A model generated the notes under the pieces. The model worked only from the letters and a program-made list of their open reading frames with translations, did no database searches and was not told the DNA's origin. A stretch of DNA of 64,000 bases from IMG/VR virus record IMGVR_UViG_3300042554_002438. One strand, 5' to 3'. This document shows, in pieces, positions 63,011 to 64,000 of the stretch. The first letter of the stretch is position 1, and each line of letters begins with the position of its first letter. Made by a program: the position numbers and the translations under genes. Origin of the DNA: a virus. Taxonomy: Duplodnaviria; Heunggongvirae; Uroviricota; Caudoviricetes.

Positions 63011-63457
63011 TGCGCATGACGCCGCCCAGGCATGTGGTTTACCAACCGCATCGTAACCCATAGACTTAGCATATCCAATACCAGCTTCGTATAGTTGGTT
63101 TGATTTTTCATTCTGTTTTGAATTGTAATCAACATGGACTGTTATCTTTTTATCGATACCTTTAAGTTGATCCGCAACCTCAACCGATTTCACAACCTCG
63201 TTCCACAATTTGGGTTGCATGTTTGCAATTGGGTTATGATTCCTGGCTCTGGGTTCAGATTCTTTTTTATAGATAACGTGTACACCATGACCAATCTCAT
63301 ATAAACAAACCGTTGTGACATAGTTAATCTTAGCCCCAACTTCTTGTGAATCGCAGCCAATGTATATTTCACTCTTTGGGTATCTCTCAACCCAATTCTT
63401 TACATACTCAAATAAGTTTTCAATAGTTTTACCGTCTGTTTGTTTAAAATTTTTCAT
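62990..63457 (-). CDS. hypothetical protein (possible RNase H-fold nuclease)
   Basis: 155 aa; weak RuvC/RNase-H-like pattern (IYIGCDS...AASCAADNYCR). Confidence 0.4.
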   Translation of the reverse strand: MKNFKQTDGKTIENLFEYVKNWVERYPKSEIYIGCDSQEVGAKINYVTTVCLYEIGHGVHVIYKKESEPRARNHNPIANMQPKLWNEVVKSVEVADQLKGIDKKITVHVDYNSKQNEKSNQLYEAGIGYAKSMGYDAVGKPHAWAASCAADNYCR

Positions 63458-63470
63458 AAAATATTAACCT

Positions 63471-63995
63471 TTAATACTCAAAGGTCGTGAATCCCATCAT
63501 TCCCTCCGAATCTTTTACAAAATTAATGTGTTGCGCTTTACCATCCTTATGGATAATAACGTGTGATTGTAACCAAGAACTTGGGCCATTATTATAACCA
63601 ACCCTTAACTTTGTTGATGTTCCAACAGCCAAAGCACCATCTTTTCTACCTGGTGAATGGTAATGCCCGATTACAATCTTTGTGTTTAAATTTCGATACT
63701 GTTGCAACGAACCTCTGGATCCGTTTGACCCAATATCACCATGTTGCCCTAATTCCCAGTTTTTTACCCTGTATGAGTCGTTTCTACCTAAAGTTTTATA
63801 CTTGGGGTACTTCTCATTTATCAAAGCTGGGATTACACCCTTAACAGCATGTGGGTTCTCAGCATATTGGCCCAAGAGTATATCTGAGAGTTGCATATAC
63901 AATCTTGAATTTTTCGGTGTTGGTTGTTTTTTCCAATCCTCATTCTTCAACCAACGATCCAAAAAATCATCGTGATTACTTCTCACAACAACCAC
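63471..63995 (-). CDS. calcineurin-like metallophosphoesterase (likely N-terminally truncated by the window edge)
   Basis: SNHDDF (GNH[DE]) and GHYHSP (GHxH) motifs; the GDxHG and GDxxDRG motifs expected upstream are absent, so the gene probably continues beyond 64000. Confidence 0.5.
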   Translation of the reverse strand: MVVVRSNHDDFLDRWLKNEDWKKQPTPKNSRLYMQLSDILLGQYAENPHAVKGVIPALINEKYPKYKTLGRNDSYRVKNWELGQHGDIGSNGSRGSLQQYRNLNTKIVIGHYHSPGRKDGALAVGTSTKLRVGYNNGPSSWLQSHVIIHKDGKAQHINFVKDSEGMMGFTTFEY

Positions 63996-64000
63996 ATTAT

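Noticed and set aside
1-64000. Eukaryotic giant virus (NCLDV) origin suggested by tyrosinase, GMD and tRNA genes
   Set aside because: Tail-collar proteins, a peptidoglycan-targeting endolysin, SmpB with a tmRNA-like RNA, a class II tRNA-Tyr, tRNA-His with encoded G-1, intrinsic terminators and 4-nt start/stop overlaps all indicate a bacteriophage.
1-64000. Integrase, transposase, IS elements or prophage att sites
   Set aside because: No recombinase-like ORF or terminal inverted repeats seen; the tRNA genes are in arrays typical of virulent jumbo phages rather than integration targets.

Overview
This 64 kb window looks like part of a large, AT-rich tailed bacteriophage genome, of the jumbo / T4-superfamily type. 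Coding is almost entirely on the minus strand, with densely tiled genes whose start and stop codons often overlap by 4 nt. The evidence for a phage is: two tail-collar-domain proteins, a GH19 endolysin with a peptidoglycan-binding domain, a YkuD-fold cell-wall protein, about 30 tRNA genes in five arrays, and a bacterial-type class II tRNA-Tyr. The gene content falls into six groups. (1) Nucleotide and NAD metabolism: adenylosuccinate synthetase, GMP reductase, dihydrofolate reductase, nicotinamide phosphoribosyltransferase, PRPP synthetase, a PfkB sugar kinase, thioredoxin and an HD hydrolase. (2) Unusual auxiliary enzymes: a secreted tyrosinase, methylglyoxal synthase, an SpeH-like AdoMet decarboxylase, a ferritin-like protein, a flotillin/SPFH protein and a ClpP-like protease. 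(3) An extensive RNA/tRNA maintenance set. It comprises a tri-domain 2H-phosphoesterase / CCA-adding / HAD-phosphatase protein on the plus strand, an Rnl2-like RNA ligase, a T4-Pnk-like kinase, an RlaP-like nucleotidyltransferase, a Thg1-like enzyme directly upstream of tRNA-His, two DEDDh exonucleases, and SmpB plus a candidate tmRNA. (4) A sugar-modification cluster: carbamoyltransferase, two FkbM methyltransferases, a C-methyltransferase-like protein, a hotdog thioesterase, a GDPD-like protein, GDP-mannose 4,6-dehydratase and an SDR. (5) tRNA arrays that also contain atypical tRNA-like RNAs and long non-tRNA spacers. (6) A recurring AT-rich promoter-like motif and several terminators. All calls rest on manual motif recognition and hand folding; no database search or tRNA scanner was run.
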